64,000 nucleotides of DNA. Origin: a virus. The position numbers were made by a program, and so were the translations under genes. Every line of letters begins with the position of its first letter. The stretch's first letter is position 1. The DNA lies in IMG/VR virus record IMGVR_UViG_3300044613_001897. The stretch is one strand, 5' to 3'. Under the pieces are notes generated by a model that worked only from the letters and a program-made list of their open reading frames with translations, ran no database searches and was not told the DNA's origin. Below are positions 37,746 to 47,806 of this stretch, piece by piece.

Positions 37746-38573
37746 ATGAATAATACATTAATGATAAGTTCAGATTTCTATTCCGTTCAAGGAGAAGGTA
37801 TCACAACAGGTATCCCTGCATACTTTATTCGTTTAGGATTATGTAATCTACAATGCGGTATGTCTGCAAAATTTCTAGCACAATTAAAGAAAGATAAAGC
37901 ATTAGCAGATGGTGAAATATTTAAAGGTGATTTAGAATTGGAAGGTAAAGCAACTTGGACTTGTGATTCAACTTCACAATGGGCTTGGAGAGGAGAAGAC
38001 AAACCTTTTCAGTATCTAATTGATCAATGGAAAGAACAAGGTATATATGATGATATTAAGAATAGATTAATTCATATTATTTGGACTGGTGGTGAGCCTA
38101 CAATGAGAAAGCATCAAGAAGCTATTGTTAACTTTCACAAATACTGGAAATCAATAGACTCATCTGTTGATCTAACCACAGCATATTATGAAATAGAAAC
38201 TAATGGTACAATTTATATTGAAGATGAATTATTCAAGTTACTCGATCAAATCAACTGCTCACCTAAACTAGAAAATTCAGGACAAGCAAGAAATAAAAGA
38301 ATAGTTCCAGATGCTATCAAACGTATAATGGAACATAGAAACTATCAGTTTAAGTTTGTTATTAGTACAGAAGATGATATAAAGGAAATCTTTAGAGACT
38401 TTGTTGAGCCATTCAATATACCATTAAAACAAGTGGTGTGTATGCCAGGTTTAGATTCACAATCTGACTTTCACGAAAGAACTCAGTTTTGTTTAGAAAT
38501 GGCAAAGAAATATAAATTTAGAGGCCTGACAAGATTACACATCAGCGCTTGGGATAAAACATTAAACGTATAA
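37746..38573 (+). CDS. queE: 7-carboxy-7-deazaguanine synthase (radical SAM)
   Basis: FYSVQGEG, FIRL..CNLQC...W.CDS, TGGEP, IETNGT, SPK, KFV, RLH. Confidence 0.9.
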   Translation: MNNTLMISSDFYSVQGEGITTGIPAYFIRLGLCNLQCGMSAKFLAQLKKDKALADGEIFKGDLELEGKATWTCDSTSQWAWRGEDKPFQYLIDQWKEQGIYDDIKNRLIHIIWTGGEPTMRKHQEAIVNFHKYWKSIDSSVDLTTAYYEIETNGTIYIEDELFKLLDQINCSPKLENSGQARNKRIVPDAIKRIMEHRNYQFKFVISTEDDIKEIFRDFVEPFNIPLKQVVCMPGLDSQSDFHERTQFCLEMAKKYKFRGLTRLHISAWDKTLNV

Positions 38574-38576
38574 AAT

Positions 38577-39143
38577 ATGAAATCAGAATTAGCAGAAAAA
38601 TTAATGAGCATATGCTCACCAGACAAAGATCTATCAAATGATCATAACCCGGATAATACATTCGGTATCGACAACTTAACAGAAGAGCAAAGACTACAAG
38701 TAGAAGCTGAACTTATCAAACATTTTCAGTTTAGTAGAATAGTATGGATGGACCTACCTTCGGGACTTACCGAAGAGAGTAAGCCTATTGTCGCAAAATC
38801 TATCATAATACACGACACAGAAAACCCAAAGTATGCAGACCTTATAGGTTATGTATATAAAGTTTTATTTACGCCAAAAATGTATGAACCAATAGAATTA
38901 TATTCGCCAGTAAAAGATGGTTGTGTATTTGCCCCGACAGTATATAATCCAGAAACATTTGAACCAAAGAAAAGTATTACTTTAACTTGGTCTCCTGAAT
39001 TTCCGCAAGATATAAATGCGCCTGTACGAACATATGAAGATGACAAACAAATGATTCGTGATATGTTAGAAAAAGTGCTAGACAATCCAGAAGACTACAA
39101 ACCGACAGGATATAGACGTTGTATGATTAGGTATGCAATATAA
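38577..39143 (+). CDS. Hypothetical protein
   Basis: 188-aa ORF in operon; weak resemblance to T4-like capsid C-terminal motifs. Confidence 0.5.
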   Translation: MKSELAEKLMSICSPDKDLSNDHNPDNTFGIDNLTEEQRLQVEAELIKHFQFSRIVWMDLPSGLTEESKPIVAKSIIIHDTENPKYADLIGYVYKVLFTPKMYEPIELYSPVKDGCVFAPTVYNPETFEPKKSITLTWSPEFPQDINAPVRTYEDDKQMIRDMLEKVLDNPEDYKPTGYRRCMIRYAI

Positions 39144-39162
39144 TAGATAATAAATTTAAGAT

Positions 39163-39348
39163 ATGATAACAACAGAAATATCAAAACAAGAAGCTAAATA
39201 TTCTAGAACAGCTAGAATATCATTTCAAGATGGTAAGTTGGTATTCGATAATTCAGATGGTGAATACGGACCTTCAGAAGTATCTATAGAAGAACTAGTA
39301 AAAAAGCTAACAGAGCATCTAGTTAAAATACAAGAATCATCTAAATAA
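39163..39348 (+). CDS. Hypothetical protein
   Basis: 61-aa ORF with A-rich leader. Confidence 0.45.
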   Translation: MITTEISKQEAKYSRTARISFQDGKLVFDNSDGEYGPSEVSIEELVKKLTEHLVKIQESSK

Positions 39349-39352
39349 AAGT

Positions 39353-39568
39353 ATGGAAGTACTATCATGGTGTTGCACCTTACTGATTCTTACTGGGTAC
39401 ATTCTAAATAGTATACAAAAGATAAAGTTTGCGATACTCGCTTGGTGTGTAGGCGATTTAGGTTGGATAATATATGATATTCATATTAACAATCTAAGTC
39501 ATGCTACATTAAGTTTAATCATTATTCTAATTAATGTATTCGGGATATACAAATTGTTACCGAAATAA
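39353..39568 (+). CDS. Small three-TM membrane protein (PnuC-like half)
   Basis: W......G..LN.......W..GD..WI.Y pattern; hydrophobic. Confidence 0.45.
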   Translation: MEVLSWCCTLLILTGYILNSIQKIKFAILAWCVGDLGWIIYDIHINNLSHATLSLIIILINVFGIYKLLPK

Positions 39569-39569
39569 A

Positions 39570-39601
39570 TTTGATAATACAATATAAAATTACTATATTA
39601 A
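39570..39601 (+). promoter_or_regulatory. Bacteroidetes-type promoter upstream of dpdA-like gene
   Basis: TTTG-N20-TATATTAA. Confidence 0.5.
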
Positions 39602-39618
39602 AGTAAATAAAAATAAAC

Positions 39619-40848
39619 ATGAAATTAGAAAACTACATCTACTTTCCGTCATTCAGTACCGGAGAATATGCTAACTATGCAAGAAAGAATACTTTATTAG
39701 GAGGAGATCTAACTCCAAGATTCTATTCAGATGAATTCCCAACAGAATATCAACATAAGTATTTTTTGCTAACAGCAGGGCATCTATATAAAAAGATGGA
39801 TATTCGTTCTGAAATGGGACTAAATGATTCATTGGTAATGGGTGACTCCGGTGGTTATCAGATTGCCACAGGAGCTATTAAATGGAGCACTACTATTAGA
39901 CAACAAATATTTGAATGGTTAGAAGCAAATTCAGATTTAGCAATGAATATTGATATACCGCCCAATCTTAAAATGAAAGGAAAGTTTCAAGAATGTTTAG
40001 ATTTGAGTGTTGAAAATTTTGAATATTTCGATAAACATCAATCAGGTAAGACAAAGTTTTTAAATGTTATACAAGGGCATGATTTTGATCAAAGAGTCGC
40101 TTGGTATAATAAAGTTAAAGATTTTGAATTTGGTGGATGGGCAGCCGGAGGTTGCAGAACATCTTATAAGTTAGCTTTAACAGTAGCAATACTAGCATCA
40201 GGTAAAGAACATCTTAAGAAACATAATGAGTACTTACATATATTAGGTACTAGTAGAATAAACGACTTTTTCTTTCTAGCTCAGATACAAAAATCATTTG
40301 CTGAAGTTGGTTCTAATATGAGAGTAACAACAGATTCTAGTTCGCCTTCAAGGTCTGTAGGATTTGGATTGTATTACACCGGAGCTAATTTTGGTTCGGA
40401 TTCTTTCAAATCAATACATTTACCGAAAGCAGTATCTGCTAATAAGTCATTTGAGCCGCCAATATGTATAGATACTATTAAGCCACATCAATATAATATG
40501 CATCTACCTAAATGTACAGGTTTTGATGATTTGATTAGATCAAAATATACTTATGGTGACTGCGTTAATAATGTAAATGATAGCACAATGTATATCACAT
40601 TACATAATTTTATGCTATATCAAGATGTTCAAGTAGCTATATCAGATTTCACTAATCATCATGATTATCTATTGGAACAGATAACATCTAAAGAGACCTT
40701 TACAGTTATGCGAATATTAGATGAAATAATTAAGAGTGATGATCCAATTAATGTATTACGTAAGCACGAAACTTACTTACTGTCATTAGATACTGCAGTG
40801 TCTAGTACACTTACTAACGATAGTATTACAGAATTTTTTAGTATATAA
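39619..40848 (+). CDS. dpdA: TGT-fold DNA 7-deazaguanine transglycosylase (DpdA-like)
   Basis: DSGGYQ, DIPP, NVIQG, HILG, DSSS TGT-family motifs; no tRNA-TGT Zn site apparent; flanked by queD/queE/folE. Confidence 0.8.
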   Translation: MKLENYIYFPSFSTGEYANYARKNTLLGGDLTPRFYSDEFPTEYQHKYFLLTAGHLYKKMDIRSEMGLNDSLVMGDSGGYQIATGAIKWSTTIRQQIFEWLEANSDLAMNIDIPPNLKMKGKFQECLDLSVENFEYFDKHQSGKTKFLNVIQGHDFDQRVAWYNKVKDFEFGGWAAGGCRTSYKLALTVAILASGKEHLKKHNEYLHILGTSRINDFFFLAQIQKSFAEVGSNMRVTTDSSSPSRSVGFGLYYTGANFGSDSFKSIHLPKAVSANKSFEPPICIDTIKPHQYNMHLPKCTGFDDLIRSKYTYGDCVNNVNDSTMYITLHNFMLYQDVQVAISDFTNHHDYLLEQITSKETFTVMRILDEIIKSDDPINVLRKHETYLLSLDTAVSSTLTNDSITEFFSI

Positions 40849-40898
40849 TTAAACAAAACGTTATTTTGGTGGTGTGTGCATATATTTATTTAAAAAGT

Positions 40899-41750
40899 AT
40901 GCACACATCATTAGTAACATGCGCAATTTGCGACAAACAGTATAAATTCATCAGTAATACGCATTTGAAAACGCACAATTTAACAATAGAAGAGTATAGA
41001 ACAAAATTTCCAAAATCAAAGATATGGTCTGATGAATTACGACATACTTTGAATATAAGCCATAAAGGTAAGACATATGAAGAGATTATGGGTAAAGAAC
41101 GAGCTGAACAAATTAGAAATCTTCGTAGTGTGAATGCTACACGACAGATGAAGAATTCCGAACAAATTAAAATTCGTAAAGAGAAGTGCGGATTAGCAAA
41201 ATATTATACGGAAGAGCGTAAATCTAATATGTCAAAAGCCTCGACTAAAGAAGTAACAGATAAACGATACAAAACGATACTAAAAAAGTATGGCTCATAT
41301 GAAGCGAGCATGCAAAAGGCATTTCCAGCAGGTAATGGCTCCAAATCAGCAAAGAAGTACATAGAGCAGTTTTTAATAGATAATAATATTAATCCTAATC
41401 GTTGTTTTTATGCAGGTGGAGGTCATAGTGGTAATGAGTACTATCAAATTATTGACTTACACGATAAGAAAAAAGTTGTAATGTACGATTTAGTTGTGTT
41501 TAAAAATTTGGAATTTAAAGAAATAGAACTTATATTAGAATATAATGGGCCCTGGCATTATACAATAAGTGATGTCATCGAACGCCCAGATGATAAATCA
41601 GTTTGGTTTTTGACTAATTCTTGTACTATAAAAGCATCTTATGAGAAAGATATAGCAAAACTAAATCATGCATTAACATTAACAAAAAATGTATACATAT
41701 ATTGGCAAAAACAAAAACAAATAAAAACGTATGACGGACAAAACTATTAA
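40899..41750 (+). mobile_element. Free-standing putative homing endonuclease (Zn finger + PD-(D/E)xK/Vsr-like)
   Basis: CAIC...HLKTH Zn finger, NUMOD-like basic repeats, YDLVV...ILEYNGPWHY; own TATTTATT at 40883; overlaps folE start. Confidence 0.7.
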
Positions 41751-42339
41751 ACTATCAAACAAACAGCTTATTAAAGCATCGAAAACTTTTGGTAAATTTC
41801 TTCAAGAGATTGGATTTGAAGACTATTTGAATGACCCACATATGGCTGACACGCCAATGCGGGTTACTAAGGCATACGTAGAAGACCTATTTAAAGGTAT
41901 GTATACTGACGCGCCTAAAATAACTGCTTTTGAAAACTCAAACGGATATGACGGTATAGTCTTTCAAGGGGATATTGAGGTAAAAAGTTGCTGCAGCCAC
42001 CATTTTCTACCATTTGTTGGAAAAGCTCATGTAGCGTATATTCCAGGTGCTGATGGTAAAGTTATTGGTTTAAGTAAACTTAATAGGATTGTAGAATGGT
42101 TTGCAAGAAGACCGCAGGTACAAGAAAATCTAACTATGCAAGTTCACGATTTTATTAATAATACTTGTAATGGTAATAAAGGCGTATCTGTAATGATTGA
42201 AGCAAAACATATGTGCGCTTCTTGTAGAGGAGTAAGACATGATTCTACTATGATGACTTCAAAGTTATCAGGTGGATTTATGGATGATGCTAAAGTTAGA
42301 GATGAATTTTATAACTTTGTTAAACGTTTAGATAAATGA
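41731..42339 (+). CDS. folE: GTP cyclohydrolase I
   Basis: DTPMRV, CSHHFLPF.G, IGLSKLNR, RRPQVQE, H.C...RGV. Confidence 0.95.
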   Translation: MTDKTIKLSNKQLIKASKTFGKFLQEIGFEDYLNDPHMADTPMRVTKAYVEDLFKGMYTDAPKITAFENSNGYDGIVFQGDIEVKSCCSHHFLPFVGKAHVAYIPGADGKVIGLSKLNRIVEWFARRPQVQENLTMQVHDFINNTCNGNKGVSVMIEAKHMCASCRGVRHDSTMMTSKLSGGFMDDAKVRDEFYNFVKRLDK

Positions 42340-43214
42340 AAATTATAGTAGTTGGTTTAGGTATAGGCAATCTATATGTAGGTTGTGCTGAACATTTGAA
42401 TTGGGAGGTAGATACTGTAGATATAAATAAAGATTTGAATCCTACATTTACTGAGATACCTTCTACAGGTTCGTATGATTTAGGTATAGTATGCACTCCA
42501 AATTATTTACATAAAGATACATTGGATAAACTATTACCAATATGTAAACAAGTATTGGTAGAAAAACCAGGACTAGAGTCTACAGAAGTTTGGGATACCT
42601 ATATGGATAAGTTTCCTGGTAGAGTGTTTATGGTTAAGAACAATTGTTTTAGACAGCTATTTTATTCAGTAGGACTAAATCTACCTAACATATCACATAT
42701 AGAACTGAATTGGGTTAATAAAGATCGAGTACCTAAACCAGGTAGTTGGTTTACTAATAAAGAATTATCATTTGGTGGAGTGTCTAGAGATTTATTACCA
42801 CACTTACTTCAGGTAGCAGTTGCATTTGTTAAGTATGATGTTGATAACTTAAAGTTTATTGATGGATTCAAATCTCAGAATTATACATTAAATGATATAG
42901 ATGCTACAACATATGGAACTAAAGTAGAAAATGGTGTATATAATGTTGATGATATGTGTGATGTAATGCTAGTATATAATGATACGCTACCTATATTCTG
43001 TCGAGCAGCTTGGAAGACTGATGAAGAAGAATCAATTGAATGGAAAGTATTTATGCGAGATGGGTACCATGTTTCTTATAAAGCTGGCTTATGTCCTGAG
43101 ACAGCATATATAACTATGCTAGAATCATTTGAAGCAGGACTAGATGCAAACGGAATAATGATACATCAGAAGATGGATACATTTGTACATCAAGTTATAG
43201 ACAAACTAAAATAA
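42336..43214 (+). CDS. Gfo/Idh/MocA-family oxidoreductase
   Basis: VVGLGIG Rossmann start, CTPN..H, VEKP, GGV..DL.PH. Confidence 0.85.
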   Translation: MKIIVVGLGIGNLYVGCAEHLNWEVDTVDINKDLNPTFTEIPSTGSYDLGIVCTPNYLHKDTLDKLLPICKQVLVEKPGLESTEVWDTYMDKFPGRVFMVKNNCFRQLFYSVGLNLPNISHIELNWVNKDRVPKPGSWFTNKELSFGGVSRDLLPHLLQVAVAFVKYDVDNLKFIDGFKSQNYTLNDIDATTYGTKVENGVYNVDDMCDVMLVYNDTLPIFCRAAWKTDEEESIEWKVFMRDGYHVSYKAGLCPETAYITMLESFEAGLDANGIMIHQKMDTFVHQVIDKLK

Positions 43215-43215
43215 T

Positions 43216-44160
43216 ATGCCAACTAAAATAAACTATATACATACCACAGGTAAATGTGATATTACAGAATATGATGATGTAGACTTACCTGATATTAATC
43301 AAAATCAAATTTTAATAAGAACTTTATTATGCGGAATATGCAGAGGTGATATATATGGTTATGGTGGATATGAAGGAATAATACCATTCTTACATCAAGG
43401 ACATGAAGGACTAGGAGAAGTTGTGCAGATAGGTAGCAATATTTCAGATGTTAATGTTGGAGACTTAGTAGCCACCTACGCATCAGATCCTGCATTTGCA
43501 ACTTACTTTATATCTGATAAAGATAGATATGTTAAAGTTCCAGAAGTATTACCTAAGTATATTCTAGAACCTACCGCTTGTTCTATCAATATAGCATTAA
43601 AGACAATAGAAGCAGCTAAACGATTAAATGGTGTTAGTAATCCTAATATACTTTTACTAGGTTCTGGGTTTATGAGTTTGGTTATAGGACAATACTTTAA
43701 AGCTGCAAATATTCCTTTTGATATTGTAGGTAGATCAAATAATCCGCACTGGGATAAACTAGACATACAAATGAAAACAATAGGTGATGTAAAGTTTATT
43801 CAGTATGATGCTATAATAGACTTAACCTCCAAAACAGAAGTATGGGATATGATTCCTGAACTAAATATCTTGAAACCAGAAGGTATTTTATGTTATGCTT
43901 CTACACCAGTTAATCCTGTCACTACTAACTTTTTTCAACAAAGCTGGAACTGTTATAATATTATTCTACCATCACCAAGAAATTCAGATTTTTATGATGT
44001 TATGAAATTAACTGCTAAGCTTATAAAGAAAGGTGATATTGATCCTTCCGATTACTGGACACATTCATATGACAGAAATAATATGACTCAAGTTAAACAA
44101 GGATTTGAAGATGGCTTAAACAGAAGTCCAAAATATATTAGAGGATACTTTGTTTTTTAA
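43216..44160 (+). CDS. Zn-dependent medium-chain dehydrogenase
   Basis: CGICRGD, GHEGLGEV, VGD.V, LEP.AC, LLGSGFM. Confidence 0.85.
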   Translation: MPTKINYIHTTGKCDITEYDDVDLPDINQNQILIRTLLCGICRGDIYGYGGYEGIIPFLHQGHEGLGEVVQIGSNISDVNVGDLVATYASDPAFATYFISDKDRYVKVPEVLPKYILEPTACSINIALKTIEAAKRLNGVSNPNILLLGSGFMSLVIGQYFKAANIPFDIVGRSNNPHWDKLDIQMKTIGDVKFIQYDAIIDLTSKTEVWDMIPELNILKPEGILCYASTPVNPVTTNFFQQSWNCYNIILPSPRNSDFYDVMKLTAKLIKKGDIDPSDYWTHSYDRNNMTQVKQGFEDGLNRSPKYIRGYFVF

Positions 44161-44179
44161 ACATAATTACTTATCTTTA
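44149..44179 (+). promoter_or_regulatory. Bacteroidetes-type promoter
   Basis: TTTG-N19-TATCTTTA upstream of glycosyltransferase and polB. Confidence 0.5.
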
Positions 44180-44183
44180 AGTT

Positions 44184-45215
44184 ATGAATACGATATACAT
44201 AATAGATTTAGAAAGTGTAGAAACTCGTTACACAAGCCAATGGAAATGGCACTTACCAAAATTAATAGATAAGTATTTACAAGATACTGATAATACCAAG
44301 TATAAAGTAGAAGTGATAGAAGGATCGAAAGATATTCCAGAGGCAACTACTCCAGGTGCATTCTTAAACTTTGGTGGTACAAATATTTACAAATCAAGTC
44401 AGTTAATTAAAATAGCTGAAATGTTTTGTAATGGCTCTATACAGGTAGGTGATAAATTTTTATACACTGATGCGTGGAATCCATCTATATTACAAGTAAA
44501 GTATATGAGTGAGCTATTAGGAGTAAAAGTTAAACTACATGGAATTCTCCACGCGGGCTCCTACGATCCTGCAGATTTCTTGGGTAGATTAATTGGTGAT
44601 GCTAAATGGGTTCGCAATGCTGAGAAAGCAATGTTGCATTCTTTAGATTATGTATGGGTGGCAACGCAGTTCCATAAGGATCTATTAGAGTCTGTATTTG
44701 GTAAAGAAGAATTCAATAATGTTTATGTATCAGGATTTCCGTTCGAATACTTACAAGATTTGATTTCACCAGATACTAAAAGAGACTTAATTTTATTTCC
44801 ACATAGAATAGCTCCTGAGAAACAATTACATATATTCAAACAGTTAGCAGAGATGCTACCTCAATATGAATGGATTGTATGTCAGGAACAACAATTGACT
44901 AAAGACCAATATCATAAACTATTAGGAGAAGCTAAAATAGTATTCTCTGCTAACTTACAAGAAACTTTAGGTATTAGTATGATGGAAGGTGCATTAGCAG
45001 GAGCTATACCGATTGTACCAGATAGATTAAGTTATACAGAAATGTATTTACCTGAATTCAAATATGATTCAGACGCATCTGTGGAACAAATGGCTAATAA
45101 AATTAAAACAGTAATGAATAACTTTGATATATATCAAAACTTATTACCAAATTTAGTGAGTCGTTTGAATACATTCTTTAAGTCTGATATAATGATTAAT
45201 AAACTTATAAAATAA
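44184..45215 (+). CDS. GT-B glycosyltransferase (GTDC1/QTMAN-like C-terminus)
   Basis: FPHRIAPEK, QETLGISMMEG (EX7E), PIVPDRLSY.E. Confidence 0.75.
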   Translation: MNTIYIIDLESVETRYTSQWKWHLPKLIDKYLQDTDNTKYKVEVIEGSKDIPEATTPGAFLNFGGTNIYKSSQLIKIAEMFCNGSIQVGDKFLYTDAWNPSILQVKYMSELLGVKVKLHGILHAGSYDPADFLGRLIGDAKWVRNAEKAMLHSLDYVWVATQFHKDLLESVFGKEEFNNVYVSGFPFEYLQDLISPDTKRDLILFPHRIAPEKQLHIFKQLAEMLPQYEWIVCQEQQLTKDQYHKLLGEAKIVFSANLQETLGISMMEGALAGAIPIVPDRLSYTEMYLPEFKYDSDASVEQMANKIKTVMNNFDIYQNLLPNLVSRLNTFFKSDIMINKLIK

Positions 45216-45216
45216 A

Positions 45217-46887
45217 ATGGCGTACCAAAATATATACTACGATAAAAATACTAATACAATACATTTATGGGACGATGCTAAAGGTTATTTAAAGTTTTTA
45301 CATAAACGATATGGCTATAAAAAGGCCGGATTAGGAAAGTTAACTGCGCTAGATGGTTCTAGAGTTGATAAAGTTACTTCCTGGAGTAAAGAAGATGATG
45401 AAAAGGGAGTAATGTATGAATCGGATCTAAGGCCCGAGTTAAGAAACTTAATAGATATGTATTATGAAACTGATGATATATCTACTAATCATCGTGAAAT
45501 GTTTCTAGATATAGAGGTATCTTCACACGGAGGATTCTCTACTACTGAAAATGTAAAGAATGAAATAACTGCTATATCCTTTTGTATGAAACATGAAGGA
45601 GTATATTATGCTCTTTTATTAGACACAGAAAAAAGATTAACTAACTCGGTAAATAAAAATTTGAATCTAATGCGATTCGATACTGAGATAGAATTGATAC
45701 AATCATTCTTAGCATTATATACTGAAAAGGCTCCTACTATTATTACAGGATGGAATATTGATTATTATGATATTCCGTATCTATATAACAGAATAGATAA
45801 AGTATTGAATGTTGAATATGCTAATCTACTAAGCCCAATCAATATAGTTACTTTTGATGAAAGGGCTAACAGATATATATTAGCAGGTGTTTCCTGTTTA
45901 GATTATTTAGGGCTATATAAACTATTTACTTATTCAGAAGAGGTATCTTATTCATTAGAATCAATATCTCAAAAGGAATTGGGTAAGGGTAAAGTAAAAT
46001 ATGAAGGAACATTAGATCATTTATTTGCTACAGATATAAATAAGTTTATTGAATATAACGTTAATGACGTTCAATTAGTTTTAGAACTAGATGACAAACT
46101 TAAGTTTATTGATTTAGCAAAAGGTGTTGCGCATAAAGGGCATGTCCCTTATGAAGATGTGTATAAGACAACTAGATATTTAGATGGTGCTTGTTTAGTG
46201 TTTATGAAACGTTTAGGTATAGTAGCGCCTAATAGTAGAAGACCAAAAAAGACAACTACAGATTCAGAACCAGGTGGTGATTTCGCAGGAGCATATGTTA
46301 AACCTCCTAAACCTGGTAGATATGAATGGATATTTGATGTTGATATGGGGTCACTTTATCCATCAATTATCAGGTCATTAAATATATCTCCAGAGACTAA
46401 AGTTGGTAGAATAACTAATTGGTCAGAAGTATCAGAATATTTTTTAGATAATTCAAGTACTATTGACTCTAGTTTACCCATATACATTAATAACAAGAAG
46501 TCGGATATCCAGGTTAAAGGTTTTAGAGATTGGCTCTTAACAAACAACTATAGTGTTTCTAGCATAGGTGTACTATATGATAAGAGTGCTCAAGGAATTA
46601 TTCCATCAATATTAAAGACTTGGATGCAAGAAAGAGAAGATAATAGAGCTTTAGCAAAAAAATATGGACAGGATGGTGATATGGCTAAACGTAACTTTTA
46701 TGATGGTAGGCAGTTAACTTTAAAGATTATCAATAACTCTTTATATGGTGCTCTCGGAAATGCAGGATTTAGATTTTATGATTTGGATAATGCAGAAAGT
46801 ATCACTCTTACAGGCAGGTCAATATTACAACATGCGCATGACATGGCAAATAAATGTTTAAGTGAAATGGTAGAAAAGTGTAAATAG
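45217..46887 (+). CDS. Family B DNA polymerase, N-terminal part (exonuclease, motifs A and B)
   Basis: FLDIE, GWNI..YD, YN..DV, GAYV, DMGSLYPS, KI..NSLYG; ends before DTDS. Confidence 0.92.
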   Translation: MAYQNIYYDKNTNTIHLWDDAKGYLKFLHKRYGYKKAGLGKLTALDGSRVDKVTSWSKEDDEKGVMYESDLRPELRNLIDMYYETDDISTNHREMFLDIEVSSHGGFSTTENVKNEITAISFCMKHEGVYYALLLDTEKRLTNSVNKNLNLMRFDTEIELIQSFLALYTEKAPTIITGWNIDYYDIPYLYNRIDKVLNVEYANLLSPINIVTFDERANRYILAGVSCLDYLGLYKLFTYSEEVSYSLESISQKELGKGKVKYEGTLDHLFATDINKFIEYNVNDVQLVLELDDKLKFIDLAKGVAHKGHVPYEDVYKTTRYLDGACLVFMKRLGIVAPNSRRPKKTTTDSEPGGDFAGAYVKPPKPGRYEWIFDVDMGSLYPSIIRSLNISPETKVGRITNWSEVSEYFLDNSSTIDSSLPIYINNKKSDIQVKGFRDWLLTNNYSVSSIGVLYDKSAQGIIPSILKTWMQEREDNRALAKKYGQDGDMAKRNFYDGRQLTLKIINNSLYGALGNAGFRFYDLDNAESITLTGRSILQHAHDMANKCLSEMVEKCK

Positions 46888-46945
46888 TTATATATTTATA
46901 TTTGTTATAGATAATGCAGATTCTATTACAATTAAAATTTTATAT

Positions 46946-47806
46946 ATGATAATCTACAAAACTACGAATCTTATTAACGGAAAAATTTATATTGGTCAGG
47001 ATAAATATAACAACTCAAATTACATGGGATCCGGGAAAATGCTCAAACAAGCTATCGAAAAGTACGGTAAGGAAAATTTTAAAAAAGAAATCTTGGAGCA
47101 TTGCACATCGAAAGATTTGTTGAATGTACGAGAAATTTATTGGATACAATATTTCAATTCAACTGACCTGACGATCGGATATAATATTGCGACAGGGGGC
47201 AACGGTGGAGATTTAGGAGGCACCGTTAATGCACAAATCTCCAATACAGTAAAGTCTATGTGGGCAGATCCGACGTCGATATATAATTCTGATGAATATA
47301 GGGATAGATTGTCGAAGTCGCAAACAGGTAGGATAGTCACACCTGAAACTAGAAAGAAGATTTCGGACGTGCAGGTGGGAGAAAAGGCGTATTGGTATGG
47401 AAAAACAAATACGCGACATTCATTGATAATGAAATCAAAATATCAATCAAACGAATTGGTGCCTTGGAATAAGGGTATGAAATATGATTCGGAGTTTCGA
47501 AAAAAGCTCTCGGATGCACATAAAGGTCAAGTGCCATGGAACAAAGGTAAGACAGATATATATTCTGATGATACTAAGAGGAGGATGTCTGAGGCCAAGA
47601 AAGGAAAATCTCGACCAGATATTTCGGATAAACTAAAAAAATATTATACAGAAAATCCATCAATTAAACGAAAATCAGTCATTGACACTAGGACGGATAA
47701 AATTTATACGAGTGTGAAGGATCTTCGAAATGAATTAAATTTGACAGAATATAAGTTTAAACAATTATTATCAAAAAACATTTTTAAATGGAACATACAG
47801 AAATAA
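46946..47806 (+). mobile_element. GIY-YIG homing endonuclease with NUMOD3-like repeats, splitting polB
   Basis: IIYKTTNLINGKIYIGQ, YMGSG, YG.ENF, RE..WI, GYNI..GG; repeated ETRKKIS / PWNKG; own TATTTATA at 46893. Confidence 0.92.

Noticed and set aside
46885-46915. TAG readthrough or stop-codon recoding
   Set aside because: Another in-frame stop follows within a few codons, and TAG, TGA and TAA all end intact genes elsewhere in the window
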